Below, in pieces: positions 47,509 to 62,100 of a DNA stretch of 64,000 bases. The position numbers and the translations under genes are program-made. The stretch comes from Somniosus microcephalus (taxonomy: Eukaryota). The stretch is from positions 141,422,001-141,486,000 of the forward strand of contig JBMRGM010000035.1 in NCBI GenBank assembly GCA_052327205.1, read 5' to 3'. The notes below the pieces were generated by a model that was not told where the DNA came from, did no database searches, and worked only from the letters and a program-made list of their open reading frames with translations. Position 1 is the first letter of the stretch; each line of letters starts with the position of its first letter.

Positions 47509-48088
47509 TAAAGTGTGGTAAGTTTTTGAAGGCGGAGAGGAAAAAAAGCAAAAAGGAAGAGGGTGAGAGGGAGGGCTCCAGGGGGCAGGCTTTGCAGCGA
47601 TTGGCAGCGAACACTTTAGTCTGGTTCCTCACTCACAATCCTTTTTGCCAGAACTCTATCCCAAGTGATGAAAGGCTCAGGGAGGATTGGAACAGAAGAA
47701 AATTTGTCAAGTAAGCCCCGTGTCAGCAGCTATCCAACAGTTATCTTGCAGGGGGGCAACGCGCTGTAAAAGCTGGATTGAACTCACAGTTTTCTAACCC
47801 AGGCCATCGCTGAGTGGAGTAGCTGGACTTTCTCCACAGCATGTGCTATTGATATCTGGCAGGGGATTACACGGGATCTGCCAGAGATGACTGGAGGGGG
47901 GTGGCGGAAGGGAGGGAGGCAGAGGGATTTGCAGCTGTAATCTTGTGGTGATACAAAAGGTCACATTGAGAGAGCAGGACAGGGAAGCAGGCAAGATTTT
48001 CCCCAACAGGCACATAGAATCATACAGGACAGAGGGAGGCCATTCGGCCCATCGTGCCTGTGCCAGTTCTTTGGTAGAGCTTGCAATT

Positions 48089-48692
48089 ATACATAGAAAC
48101 ATAGAAGATAGGAGCAGGAGTAGGCTATTCGGCCCCTCGAGCCTTCTCCGCCATTCAGTGAGATCATGGCTGATCATCCAAATTCAGTACCCTGTCCCTG
48201 CTTTCTCCCCATATCCCTTGATCCCTTTAGCCTTAAGAAATATATCTAACTCCTTCTTGAATATATTTAATGAATTGGCCTCAACTGCCTTCTGTGGTAG
48301 AGAATTTCACAGGTTCACCACGCTCTGGGTGAAGAAATTCCTCCTCATCTCTGTCCTAAATGGCTTACCCCTTATCTTTAGACTGTGACCCCTGGTTCTA
48401 GACTCCCCCGCCATTGGGAACATCCTTCCTGCATCTGGTCTGTCTAGTCCTGTTAGAATTTTATAAGTTTCAATGAGATCCCTCTCATCCTTCTAAACTC
48501 CAGCGAATATAAGCCTAATCGACCCAATCTCTCCTCATGGGTCATTTCTGCCATCCCAGGTATCAGTCCGGTGAATCTTCGCTGCACTCCCTCCATGGCA
48601 AGAACATCCTTCCTCAGATAAGGTGACCAAAACTGCACACAATACTCAAGGTGTGGTCCCACCAAGGCCCTGTACAACTGCAGCAAGACATC
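48089..48692 (-). mobile_element. CR1 3' fragment (same subfamily as 20785-23335)
   Basis: Very similar to 20785-21390. Confidence 0.9.
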
Positions 48693-48694
48693 TT

Positions 48695-49130
48695 TGCCCT
48701 TTCACGACCTCAGGAACCCAAAGCTCTTTACAGCCAATTAAGTGCTTTTTGAAGTGTAGCCACTGTTGCAATGTAGAAAACGCAGCAGCCAATATGCGCA
48801 CAGCAAGCTCCCACAAAGAGCAATGTGATAACGAGCAGGGAAGTTGTTTTTTAGTGATGCTGGCTGAGGGATAAATATTGGCCCCCGGACACCGGGGGGA
48901 GAACTCCCTCTGCTCTTCTTTGAAATAGTGCCGCAGGATATTTTACATCCACCTGAGAGCGCAGACGGGCCCTCGGTTTAACGTCTCGTCCAAAAGACGG
49001 CACCTCCGACAGTGCAGCACTCCCTCAGCACTGCACTGGGAGTGTCGGCCTAGGTTATGGGTTCAGGTTGCTGGAGTGGGGCTTGAACCTATGACCTGTC
49101 TGATCTATGAAGTGAGAGTGTTACCCACTA
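48695..49130 (-). mobile_element. Deu-domain tRNA SINE
   Basis: Reverse complement of the SINE head, core and tail. Confidence 0.85.
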
Positions 49131-49394
49131 AATCATCTCATTAGTCCCACACCCCTGCTCTTTCCAAATCTCTGCTCGGCTGTTTACCTGCAGTGCCTGA
49201 GGCAAGGTCTGCTATTGGCTATCTCTTCACTCCTAAAATCATTGCACTTAGCTGTTGAAAATCCATTAAGTGAGTTTTTTGGCCAAATGAGCAGTGACTC
49301 TGACATTCTCCAGCTCATAACTTCTTTTACTTTCGGGGCTTATCAAAGTGAAGGTGTGTGTGCTGGAGAGGGGAACACTGTCCAAACACTCCCA

Positions 49395-49915
49395 GGTCTT
49401 GCATTGTTCCACGGAAGCTCAGCGTAAGCTCGAGGAACAGCACCTCATCTTTCAATTAGGCACTCTACAGCCTTCTGGACTCAACATAGAGTTCAACAAT
49501 TTCAGATCATAACCTCGGCCCCTATCACACATATATATTTTCTTCTTTTTTTTATCCACACTTTTTTTTTCTTCCCTCCCTTTAGCTGTCCTTCATTCTG
49601 CCAGCGCAATTCACACCCCATCTAGAGCCATACTTTGTTCCTTAACCTGCCCCATTTCCACCTCCCCTTGCCCTGAACATCTCTTAATGTCTCTCAATGT
49701 CTCTTAATCTCTCCTGCTTTCTATCCTATCACTGACCTTCCCTTTTGTTTTTTCATCCCCTTCCCCTTTTCCCAGCCCCCAAACTTGCTTTCCATTTCCT
49801 GCTTTTTTCCAGTTCTGATGAAAGGTCATCGACCTGAAATGTTAACTCCGTTTCTCTCTCCACTGATGCTGCCTGGCCCGCTGAGTCTTTCCAGCGTTTC
49901 CTGTTGTTATTTCAG
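49395..49915 (+). mobile_element. Penelope 3' fragment with a hammerhead-like motif at 49815-49846
   Basis: RKLEEQHLIF..GLNIEFNNFRS-coding end; CTGATGA-a-aggtc-atc-gacct-GAAA-tgttaac. Confidence 0.85.
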
Positions 49916-49919
49916 GAAG

Positions 49920-50230
49920 AACACAGTTCGGTTCAGAGCAAAGGTCCTTCTACACGGCCCCAACAATGTGCCTCAACACCGACTCTGACTGCACAAGTTT
50001 TCCTGTTCCCACACCAGGCACCCTGCGGGCTCCCTGAGTGAAGGCGCCGATTTAGCGCTGAATCTGTGCCAAATACAGTCAGTTTACGACTGTGGTTCCA
50101 CGCCCATTGGAAACTGGATTAAAACTGCTCAAACACCTTTTGTGTAAGATCCTTACAGCTAGCATCCAGAAGAGGTTTCACACCATTGTTCTTGGCAGCA
50201 TTTCAACACAGTCCCAGAGGGTGAAAGGAC
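49920..50230 (-). mobile_element. LF-SINE-like tRNA SINE body
   Basis: The minus strand has cctttcaccctctgggactg, tccagtttccaatggg, ttggcac and gttgaggcacattgttggggccgtgt blocks in the order I recall for LF-SINE. Confidence 0.5.
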
Positions 50231-52057
50231 AGTGTCTGACCCACCGCACCGCCCAGCCCAGAGTGGGAAAGGACAGTGTCTGACCCACCGCACCGCCCAG
50301 CCCAGAGGGGGAAAGGACAGTGTCTGACCCACCGCACCACCCAGTCCCAGAGGGGGAAAGGACAGTGTCTGACCCACTGCACCATCCAGCCCCAGAGGGT
50401 GAAATGACAGATTCTGACCCACCGCACCAGCCAGTCCCAGAGGGGGAAAGGACAGCGACTGACCGACTGCACCACCCAGTCCCAGAGGGTGAAAGGACAG
50501 TGTCTGACCCACTGCACCACCCAGTCCCAGAGGGGGAAAGGACAGTGTCTGACCCACTGCACCACCCAGTCCCAGAGGGGGAAAGGACAGTGTCTGACCC
50601 ACTGCACCACCCAGTCCCAGAGGGGGAAAGGACAGTGTCTGACCCACTGCACCACCCAGTCCCAGAGGGGGAAAGGACAGTAACTGACCCACTGCACCAC
50701 CCAGTCCCAGAGGGGGAAAGGACAGTGTCTGACCCACTGCACCACCCAGTCCCAGAGGGGGAAAGGACAGTGTCTGACCCACTGCACCACCCAGTCCCAG
50801 AGGGGGAAAGGACAGTAACTGACCCACTGCACCACCCAGTCCCAGAGGGGGAAAGGACAGTGTCTGACCCACTGCACCACCCAGTCCCAGAGGGAGAAAG
50901 GACAATGTCTGACCGACCGCACCACCCAGTCCCAGAGGGGGGAAAGGACAATGTCTGACCCACCGCACCACCCAGTCCCAGAGGGGGAAAGGACAGTGTC
51001 TGACCCACTGCACCACCCAGTCCCAGAGGGGGATAGGACAGTGTCAGACCCACTGCACCACCCAGTCCCCGAGGGGGAAAGGACAGTGTCTGACCCACTG
51101 CACCACCCAGTCCCAGAGGGGGAAAGGACAGTGTCTGACCCACTGCACCACCCAGTCCCAGAGGGGGAAAGGACAGTGTCTGACCCACTGCACCACCCAG
51201 TCCCAGAGGGGGAAAGGACAGTGTCTGACCCACTGCACCACCCAGTCCCAGAGGGGGAAAGGACAGTGTCTGACCCACTGCACCACCCAGTCCCAGAGGG
51301 GGAAAGGACAGTGTCTGACCCACCGCACCACCCAGCCCCAGAGGGGGAAAGGACAGTGTCTGACCCACTGCACCACCCAGTCCCAGAGGGAGAAAGGACA
51401 GTGTCAGACCCACTGCACCACCCAATCCCCGAGGGGGAAAGGACAGTGTCTGACCCACCGCACCACCCAATCCCAGAGGGGGAAAGGACAGTGTCTGACC
51501 CACTGCACCACCCAGTCCCAGAGGGTGAAAGGACAGTGTCTGACCCACTGCACCACCCAGTCCCAGAGGGGGAAGGACAGTGTCTGACCCACTGCACCAC
51601 CCAGTCCCAGAGGGGGAAAGGACAGTGCCTGACCCACTGCACCACCCAGTCCCAGAGGAGGATAGGACAGTAACTGACCCACTGCACCACCCAGTCCCAG
51701 AGGGGGAAAGGACAGTGTCTGACCCACTGCACCACCCAGCCCCAGAGGGGGAAAGGACAGTGTCTGACCCATCGCACCACCCAATCCCAGAGGGGTAAAG
51801 GACAGTGTCTGACCCACTGCACCACCCAGTCCCAGAGGGGGAAAGGACAGTGTCTGACCCACTGCACCACCCAGTCCCAGAGGGGGATAGGACAGCGTCT
51901 GACCCACTGCACCACCCAGTCCCAGAGGGGGAAAGGACAGTGTCTGACCTACTGCACCACCCAGTCCCAGAGGGGGAAAGGACAGTGTCTGACCCACCGC
52001 ATCGCTCAGTCCCAGAGGGGGAAAGGACAGTGTCTGACCCACCGCACCACCCAGTCC
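50205..52057. repeat. 45-bp minisatellite, about 41 units (cccagtcccagagggggaaaggacagtgtctgacccactgcacca)
   Basis: Tandem units read directly; the long ORFs here are repeat artefacts. Confidence 0.97.
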
Positions 52058-53135
52058 AAAGCTTTTTTTATCATCTCTGGGTAAATATACCCTAGAATGC
52101 AGTCACTAGCTTTGTTAGCAGTTAACTTCAGATTGCAGGTAACTTTGTTGTCTGACTCTTATCCGCTCTGCCCATCCCAAAATAGGAATGATATCCTTTT
52201 AAGGTATGATTTCTGTTGCAACCAATGTTTTCACTGCACAACAGCTTTAGTATGTATGGGCCTTGTGCCAATAATAATAAGATATATGTATAATTTTTTA
52301 CCAAACACTTCTTAAAGAAGACCCATGCACCTTTAATGTTTTAAATAAAGTTCCTCGTAAAGTGTCAGCAAGTATTGCGAGCAGGGGTGATGCAGTCCCA
52401 CAAACAACACTTGGTCAATGGATGACTGATGGGTCCATGGCTTACTCATACTGCCTGCTGGTTCAGCTGTTACTGGGATCAGAGAGAGGACAGAGTTAAT
52501 GGTCTATGAGAGCGAAACAAAAGGCCGATTAAAGGGGGTTGTCACTGTGAAGGTTTGCATGTGTCCTTTGTAATCTCAGTACCTCCTCCTATTCACTGCT
52601 AAATGTATACAGTTTTGCTACAGATCTCCGAATTCCTCAATTAAAATAAGTGTTTAGATCAAATCCCTAAGTGTAGCAAATGATAAGTTGTGAAATGGAA
52701 TTAGTTATTCATGGCCAGTGTCACATTACTGTTTGTGGGAGTTTGCTGTGTGCAATTTGGCTACCGCTTTTCCCTACATTACAACACTTAAAAGGGCTTA
52801 ATTGGCTGTGACGTGCTTTGGGGCGTCCTGTGGCAGTGAAAGGCGTTGAGGAAATGCAAGTTGTCGAGCGAAGGGTTAAGTTTTCCCCGCACGGCCTGTA
52901 GCAGTTTTGCCTGCCAATCTGGTACAGAGAGGCCTCTGTGTTGAAGCCGGTCCAGGCACACAGCTCTCGAAACTCACGGCTCCCGATGTACGACATTAAT
53001 GCCACTCCCAACATCTGAGCAATTGTCTCCAGTGATAACAGGATTGCACCAGACCGGTGCACAAAGTGCTCTGTGTGCAGTGATGGGCCTCGAGCCAGTT
53101 TCACACAATACCTTCGCTCCCAGTGGAGGTGGCCT

Positions 53136-56100
53136 TGGACCCTCCCCACACTAATCCATGGACCCTGCCCACACCCGTCCATGGACCCTGCCCGCACCCG
53201 TCCATGGACCCTGCCCGCACCCGTCCATGGACCCTGCCCGCACTAGTCCATGAATCCTCCCTGCACTAGTGCATGGACCCTGCCCGCACTCGTCCATGGA
53301 CCCTGCCCGCACCCGTCCATGGACCCTGCCCGCACCCGTCCATGGACCCTGCCCGCACCCGTCCATGGACCCTGCCCGCACCCGTCCATGGACCCTGACC
53401 GCACTCGTCCATGATCCCTCCCCACAGTAGTCCATGAACTCTCCCCGCACTAATCCATGGACCCTGCCCGCACCCGTCCATGGACCCTGCCCGCACCCGT
53501 CCATGGACCCTGCCCGCACCCGTCCATGGGCCCTGCCCGCACCCGTCCATGGACCCTGCCCGCACTCGTCCATGGACCCTGCCCGCACCAGCCCATGGAC
53601 CCTGCCCGCACCCGTCCATGGACCCTGCCCGCACCCGTCCATGGACCCTGCCCGCACCCGTCCATGGACCCTGCCCGCACCCGTCCATGGACCCTGCCCG
53701 CACCCGTCCATGGACCCTGCCCGCACCCGTCCATGGACCCTGCCCGCACTCATCCATGATCCCTCCCACAGTAGTCTATGAACCCTCCCCGCACTAATCC
53801 ATGGACCCTGCCCGCACCCGTCCATGGACCCTGCCCGCACTCGTCCATGATCCCTCCCACAGTAGGCCATGAACCCTCCCCGCACTAATCCATGGACCCT
53901 GCCCGCACCCAGCCATGGACCCTGCCCACACCCGTCCATGGACCCTGCCCACACCCGTCCATGGACCCTGCCCACACCCGTCCATGGACCCTGCCCGCAC
54001 CCGCCCATGGACCCTCCCCACACTAGTCCATGAATCCTCCCCGCACTAGTGCATGGACCCTGCCCACACTCATCCATGGACCCTGCACACACCCGGCCAT
54101 GGACCCTGCCCACACCTGTCACTGGACCCTGCCCGCACCCGTCCATGGACCCTGCCCGCACCCGTCCATGGACCCTGCCCGCACCCGTCCATGGACCCTG
54201 CCCGCACCCGTCCATGGACCCTGCCCGCACCCGTCCATGGACCCTGACCGCACTCGTCCATGATCCCTCCCCACAGTAGTCCATGAACTCTCCCCGCACT
54301 AATCCATGGACCCTGCCCGCACCCGTCCATGGACCCTGCCCGCACCCGTCCATGGACCCTGCCCGCACCCGTCCATGGACCCTGCCCGCACCCGTCCATG
54401 GGCATTGCCCGCACCCGTCCATGGACCCTGCCCGCACTCGTCCATGGGCCCTGCCCGCACCAGCCCATGGACCCTGCCCGCACCGGCCATGGACCCTGCC
54501 CGCACCCGTCCATGGACCCTGCCCGCACCCGTCCATGGACCCTGCCCGCACCCGTCCATGGACCCTGCCCGCACCCGTCCATGGACCCTGCCCGCACCCG
54601 TCCATGGACCCTGCCCGCACTCATCCATGATCCCTCCCACAGTAGTCTATGAACCCTCCCCGCACTAATCCATGGACCCTGCCCGCACCCGTCCATGGAC
54701 CCTGCCCGCACTCGTCCATGATCCCTCCCACAGTAGGCCATGAACCCTCCCCGCACTAATCCATGGACCCTGCCCGCACCCAGCTATGCACCCTGCCCAC
54801 ACCCGTCCATGGACCCTGCCCACACCCGTCCATGGACCCTGCCCACACCCGTCCATGGACCCTGCCCGCACCCGCCCATGGACCCTCCCCACACTAGTCC
54901 ATGAATCCTCCCCGCACTAGTGCATGGACCCTGCCCACACTCATCCATGGACCCTGCCCACACCCGGCCATGGACCCTGCCCACACCTGTCACTGGACCC
55001 TGCCCGCACCCGTCCATGGAACCTGCCCGCACTCGTCCATGGACCCTGCCCACACCCGTCCATGGACCCTGACCGCACTCGTCAATGGACCCTGCCCACA
55101 CCCGTCCATGGACCCTGCCCACACCCGTCCATGTCCCCTGCCCGCACTCGTCCATGGACCCTACCCGCACTCGTCCATGGACCCTGCCCGCACCCGTCCA
55201 TGGACCCTGCCCGCACTCGTCCATGGACCCTGCCCGCACTCGTCCATGGACACTGCCCGCACTCGTCCATGGACCCTGCCCGCACCCGTCCATGGACCCT
55301 GCCCGCACCCGTCCATGGACCCTGCCCGCACTCGTCCATGGACCCTGCCCGCACTCGTCCATGATCCCTCCCCTCACTCGTCCATGGACCCTGCCCGCAC
55401 TCGTCCATGGACCCTGCCCGCACTCGTCCATGGACCCTGTCCGCACTCGTCCATGGACCCTGCCGGCATTCCTCCATGACCTCCCCCCGCACTAGTCCAT
55501 GGACCCTGCCCACACCCGTCCATGGACCCTGCCCGCACTCGTCCATGGACCCTGCCAGGACTAGTCCATGGACCCTCCCGACACTAGTCCATGGACCCAG
55601 CCCGCACTCATCCATGGACCCTGCCTGCACTCGTCCATGATCCCTCCCCACACTAGTCCATGGGCCCTGCCCGCACTAGTCCATGGGCCCTGCCCGCACT
55701 CGTCCATGGACTCTGCCCACATTAGTGCATGGACCCTGCCCACACTCGTCCATGGACCCCTGCCCGCTCTAGTCCACGGACCCTGCCCGCACTCATCCAT
55801 GGACCCTGCCCGCACTAGTCCATGGACCCTGCCCGCACTAGTCCATGGACCCTCCCCGCACTAGTCCATGGACCCTGCCGGCACTAGCCCATGGACCCTC
55901 CCCGCACTAGTCCATGGACCCTGCCTGCACTCCTCCATGGACCCTGCCCATACTCGTCCATGGACCGCTGCCCGCTCTAGTCCATGGACCACTGCCCGCT
56001 CTAGTCCATGGACCCTGCCCGCAGAAGTCCATGGACCCTGCCCGCACTAGTGCATGGATCCTGCCCGCACTAGTCCATGGACACTCCCCTTACTAGTCCA

Positions 56101-59100
56101 TGGACCCTGCCCGCACTAGTCCATGGACCCTGCCCGCACTAGTCCATGGAGCCTCCCCTTCCTAGTCCATGGACCATGCCCGCACCAATCCATAGACCCT
56201 GCCCGCACTATTCCATGGACCCTGCCCGTACTAGTCCATGGACCCTCCCCGCACTAGTCCATGGACCCTGCCAGCTCAAGTCCATGGACCCTCCCCACAA
56301 TAGTCCATGGATCCTGCCTGAACTAGTCCATGGACCCTGCCCGCACTAGTCCATGGACCCTGCCCGCACTAGTCCATGGACCCTCCCCTTACTAGTCCAT
56401 GGACCCTGCCCGCACTAGTCCATGGACCCTGGCCGCACTAGTCCATGATCCCTCCCCACAGTAGTCCATGAACTCTCCCCGCACTAATCCATGGACCCTG
56501 CCCGCACCCGTCCATGAACCCTGCCCGCACCCGTCCATGGACCCTGCCCGCACCCGTCCATGGACCCTGCCCGCACCCGTCCATGGACCCTGCCCGCACC
56601 CGTCCATGGACCCTGCCCGCACCCGTCCATGGACACTGCCCGCACCCGTCCATGGACCCTGCCCGCACCCGTCCATGGACCCTGCCCGCACCCGTCCATG
56701 GACCCTGCCCGCACTCATCCATGATCCCTCCCACAGTAGTCCATGAACCCTCCCCGCACTAATCCATGGACCCTGCCCGCACCCGGCCATGGACCCTGCC
56801 CACACCCGTCCATGGACCCTGCCCACACCTGTCCATGGACCCTGCCCGCACCCGTCCATGGACCCTCCCCACACTAGTCCATGAATCCTCCCTGCACTAG
56901 TGCATGGACCCTGCCCGCACTTGTCCATGGACCCTGCCCACACCCGTCCATGATCCCTCCCCACAGTAGTCCATGCACCCTCCCCACACTAGTCCATGAA
57001 CCCTCCCCACACTAGTCCATGAACCCTCCCCGCACTAGTGCATGGTCCCTGCCCACACTCGTCCATGGACCCTGCCCACACCCGGCCATGGATCCTGCCC
57101 ACACCCGTCCATGGGCCCTGACCGCACTCGTCAATGGACCCTGCCCACACCCGTCCATGGACCCTGCCCACACCTGTCCATGGACCCTGCCCGCACTCGT
57201 CCATGGACCCTGCCCGCACTCGTCCATGGACCCTGCCCGCACCCGTCCATGGACCCTGCCCGCACTCGTGCATGATCCCTCCCCACACTAGTCCATGGGC
57301 CCTGCCCGCTCTAGTCCATGGACCCTGCCCGCACTCGACCATGGACTCTGCCCACACTAGTGCATGGACCCTGCCCGCACTCGTCCATGGAACCCTGCCC
57401 GCTCTAGTCCATGGACCCTGCCCGCACTCGTCCACGGACCCTGCCCGCACTCGTCCACGGACCCTGCCCGCACTCGTCCATGGACCCTGCCCGCACTAGT
57501 CCATGGACCCTGCCCGCACTAGTCCATGGACCCTGCCCGCACTTATCCATGGACCCTGCCCGCACTAGTCCATGGACCCTGCCCGCACTAGTCCGTGGAC
57601 CCTGACCGCACTCATCCATGGACCCTCCCCGCACTAGTTCATGGACCCTGCCCATATTCGTCCATGGACCGCTGCCCGCTCTAGTCCATGGACCACTGCC
57701 CGCTCTAGTCCATGGACCCTGCCCGCAGAAGTCCATGGACACTGCCCGCACTAGTGCATGGATCCTGCCCGCACTAGTCCATGGACACTCCCCTTCCTAG
57801 TCCATGGACCATGCCCGCACCAATCCATATACCCTGCCCGCACTATTCCATAGACCCTGCCCGTACTAGTCCATGGACCCTCCCCGCACTAGTCCATGGA
57901 CCCTGCCCGCACAAGTCCAAGGACCCTGCCCGCTCTAGACCATGGACCCTGCCCACATTAGTCCATGGACCCTGCCCTCACTAGTCCATGGACCCTGCCC
58001 GCACAAGTCCAAGGACCCTGCCCGCTCTAGACCATGGACCCTGCCCACATTAGTCCATGGACCCTGCCCTCACTAGTCCATGGACCCTGCCCGCACTAGT
58101 CCCTGGACCCTGCCTGCACTAGTCCATGGACCCTGCCCTCACTAGTCCATGGACACTCCCCTTACTAGTCCATGGACCCAGCTCGCACTAGTCCATGGAT
58201 CCCTGCTCGCACTAGTCCATGGACCCTGCTCGCACTAGTCCAAGGACCACTGCTCGCAATATTCCATGGACCCTGCCCACACTCGTGCATGGGCTCTGCC
58301 CGCACAACTCCATGGACCTTACCCACACTATTCTGTGGACCCCGCCCCCACACTAGTCCACGGACCCTGCCCGCACTCGTCCATGGACCCTGCCCACACT
58401 AGTCCAAGGACCCTGCCCGCACTCGTCCATGGACCCTGCCCGCACTCGTCCATGGACCCTGCCCGCACTCGTCCATGGACCCTGCCCGCACTAGTCCATA
58501 GACCCTCCCTGCACTAGTCCATGGACCCTGCCCGCACTCGTCCATGGACCCTGCCCGCACTAGTCCATGGACCCTGCCCATACTCATGCATGGACCCCTG
58601 CCATTTCTAGTCCATGGACCCTGCCCGCACTAGTCCATGGACCCTGCCCGCACTAGACCATGGACCCTGCCCGCACCAGTCCATGGACCCTGCCCGCACT
58701 AGTCCATGGACCCTACCCGCTCTAGTCCATGGACTTTGCCCGCACAAGTCCACGGACCCTGCCCGCAGTAGTCCATGGATCCTGCCCGCACGAGTCGATG
58801 GACACTCCCCTTACTAGTCCATGGACCCTGCCCGCACTAGTCCATGGACCCTGCCCGCACTAGTCCATGGACACTCCCCTTACTAGTCCATGGACCCTGC
58901 CCGCACTAGTCCATGGACCCTGCCCGCAATAATCCATAGACCCTGCCCGCACTAATCCATGGACCCTGCCCGCATAAGTACATGGACCCAGCCCGCACTC
59001 GTCCATGGACCCTGCCCGCACCCATCCTTGGACCCTGCCCACACTCGTCCATGGACCCTGCCCGCACTCATCCATGATCCCTCCCCACACTAGTGCATGG

Positions 59101-62100
59101 ACACTGCCCGCACTAGTCCATGGACCCTGCCCGCACTAATCCATGGACCCTGCCCACACTAGTCCAAGGATCCTCCCCACACTAGTCCATGGATCCTCCC
59201 CACACTAGTCCATGGACCCTGCCCTCATTAGTCCATGGGCCCTGCTCGCACTCATCCATGGACCCCTGCCTGCTCTATTCCATGGACCCTGCCCGCACTA
59301 GTCCAACCGCCCTGCCCACACTAGTCCATTGGCCCTGCCTGCACTCGTCCATGTACCCTCCCCACAGTAGTCCGTGGACCCTGCCCACACTAGTCCGTGG
59401 ACCCTGCCCACACTCGTCCATGGACCCTGCCCACACTAGTCCATGGACCCTGTCCGCACCAGTCCATGGACCCTGCCCGCACTAGCCCATGGACACGGCC
59501 CGCACACGTCCATGAACCCTGCCCGCACACGTCCATGGACCCTGCCCACACTAGTTCATGGACCCTGCTTGCACTAGTCCATGGACCCTGCCCGCACTAG
59601 TTCATGGACCCTGCCTGCACTAATCCATGGACCCTGTCCGCACTATTCCATGGACCCTCCCCACACTAGTGCATGGACCCTGCCCACATTAGCCCATGTA
59701 CCCTGCCTGTACTAGTCCATGGACACTGCCCGCACTAGTTCATGGACCCTTCCCGCACAATTCCATGGACCCTGCCCACATTCGTCCGTGGAACCTGCCC
59801 GCACTAGTCCATGGACCCTGCCCACATTAGTCCATGTACCCTGCCTGTACTAGTCCATGGACCCTGCCCGCACTAGTTCATGGACCCTGCCCGCACAATT
59901 CCATGGACCCTGCCCGCACTAGTCTATGGACCCTCCCCACGCTAGTCCATGGACCTCCCCTCGCTAGTCCATGGATCCCTGCACGCTCAAGTCCATGGAC
60001 CCTCCCCACACTAGTCCATGGACCCCTGCCCGCACTAGTACTTGGACCCTACCCACACTCGTCCATGGACCCTGCCCACACTAATCAATGGACCCTCCCC
60101 ACACTAGTCCATGGACCCTGCCCGCACTAGTGCATGGACCCTGCCCACATTCGTCCGTGGACCCTGCCCGAACTAGTCCATGGACCCTGCCAGCACAAGT
60201 CCATGGACCCTCCCCATACTAGTCCATGGACCCTGCCCGCACTTGTCCATAGACCCTGCCCGCACTAGTCCATGGACCCTGCCCGCACTAGTCCATGGAC
60301 CCTCCCCATACTAGTCCATGGACCTTGCCGCACTAGTCCATGGACCCTGCCCGCTCTAGTCCATGGACCTGCCCACAATAGTCCATGGACCCTGCCCGCA
60401 CAAGTCCATGGACCCACCCCATACTAATCCATGGACCCTGTCCATACTCTTCCATGGACCCCTGCCCGCTCTAGTCAATGTACCATGCCCGCTCTAGTCA
60501 ATGTACCATGCCCGCACTAGTCCATGGACCCTGCCCGCACTAGTCCATGGACCCTGCCCGCACTAGTCCATGGACCCTGCCTGCACTCCTCCATGGACCC
60601 TGCCCTCACTAGTCTATGGACCCTGCCCATACTCGTCCATGGACCCCTGCCCGCTCTAGTCCATGGACCCTGCCCGCATTAGTCCATGGATCCTGTCCGC
60701 ACTAGTCCATGGACCCTGCCCACACTAATCCATGATCCCTCCCCACACTAGTCCATGGACCCTGCCCGCACTAATCCATGAACCCTCCCCACACTTGCCC
60801 ATGGACACTCCTCACACGAGTCCATGGACCCTGCCCGCACTAATCCATGAACCCTCCCCACACTTGTCCATGCACACTGCCCACACTCGTGCATGGACCC
60901 TGCCCGCACTAGTCCATGGACCCTCCCCACACTAGTGCATGGACCCTGCCCGCACTTGTCCATGGACCCTGCCCGCACTTGTCCATGGACCTGCCCGCAC
61001 TCATCCATGATCCCTCCCCACACTAGTCCATGGACACTGCCCATACTAGTCCTTGGACCCCTGCCTGCACTTGTCCATGGACCTTGCCCGCACTCGTCCA
61101 TGATCCCTCCCAACACTAGTCCATGGACCCTGCCCGCACCAGTCCATGGACCCTCCCCATACTAGTCCATGGACCCTGCCCGCACTAGTCCATGGACCCT
61201 GCCCGCACTAGTCCATGGACCCTCCCCATACATGTCCATGGACCCTGCCCGCACAAGTCCATGGACCCTGCCCGCTCTAGTCAATGGACCCTGCCCACAA
61301 TAGTCAAGCAACACTGCCCGCACTAGTCCATGGACCCCTGGCCGCACTCATCCAAGGACTTTGCCCGCACTAGTCCATGGACCCCTGCCCGCACTAGTCC
61401 ATGGACCCTGCCCGCACTAGCCCATGGACCCTCCCCGCACTAGTCCATGGATCCTGCCCACACTTGTCCATGGACCCTGCCCATACTCGTCCATGGACCC
61501 CTGCCCGCTCTAGTCCATGGTCCCTGCCCGCACTCATCCATGGACACTGCCTGCACCAGTCCATGATCCCTCCCCACACTAGCCCACTGACCCTCCCCAC
61601 ACTAGTGCATGGACCCTGCCCGCACTTGTCCATGGACCCTGCCCGCACTTGTCCATGGACCCTGCCCACACTCGTCCATGATCCCTCCCCACACTAGTCC
61701 ATGGACCCTGCCCACACTCGTCCATGGACCCTGCCCGCACTAGTCCATGGACCCTGCCCGCAATAGTCCATGGACCCTGCCCGCTATAGTCCATGGACCC
61801 TGCCCTCACTAGTCCATGGACCCTGCCCGCACTAGTCCCTGCACCCTGCCCTCACTAGTCCATGGACCCTGCCCGCACTAGTCCATAGACCCTTCTCTCA
61901 CTAGTCCAAGGACCCCTGCTCGCACTAGTCCATGGACCCTGCCCACACTAGTGCATGGACTCTGCCCGCACAACTCCATGGACCTTACCCGCACTATCCT
62001 GTGGACCCCGCCCACACACTAGTCCATGGACCCTGCCCGTATGAGTGCATGGACCCTGCCTGCACTAGTCCATGGAACCTGCCCGCAATAGTCCATGGAC

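Noticed and set aside
50159-52095. Long ORFs up to 570 aa
   Set aside because: They are produced by the 45-bp stop-poor repeat in several frames on both strands; there is no gene evidence.
43520-53135. Downstream SAPCD or VWA7 exons
   Set aside because: I found no recognisable peptide with splice sites by eye; small exons could have been missed.
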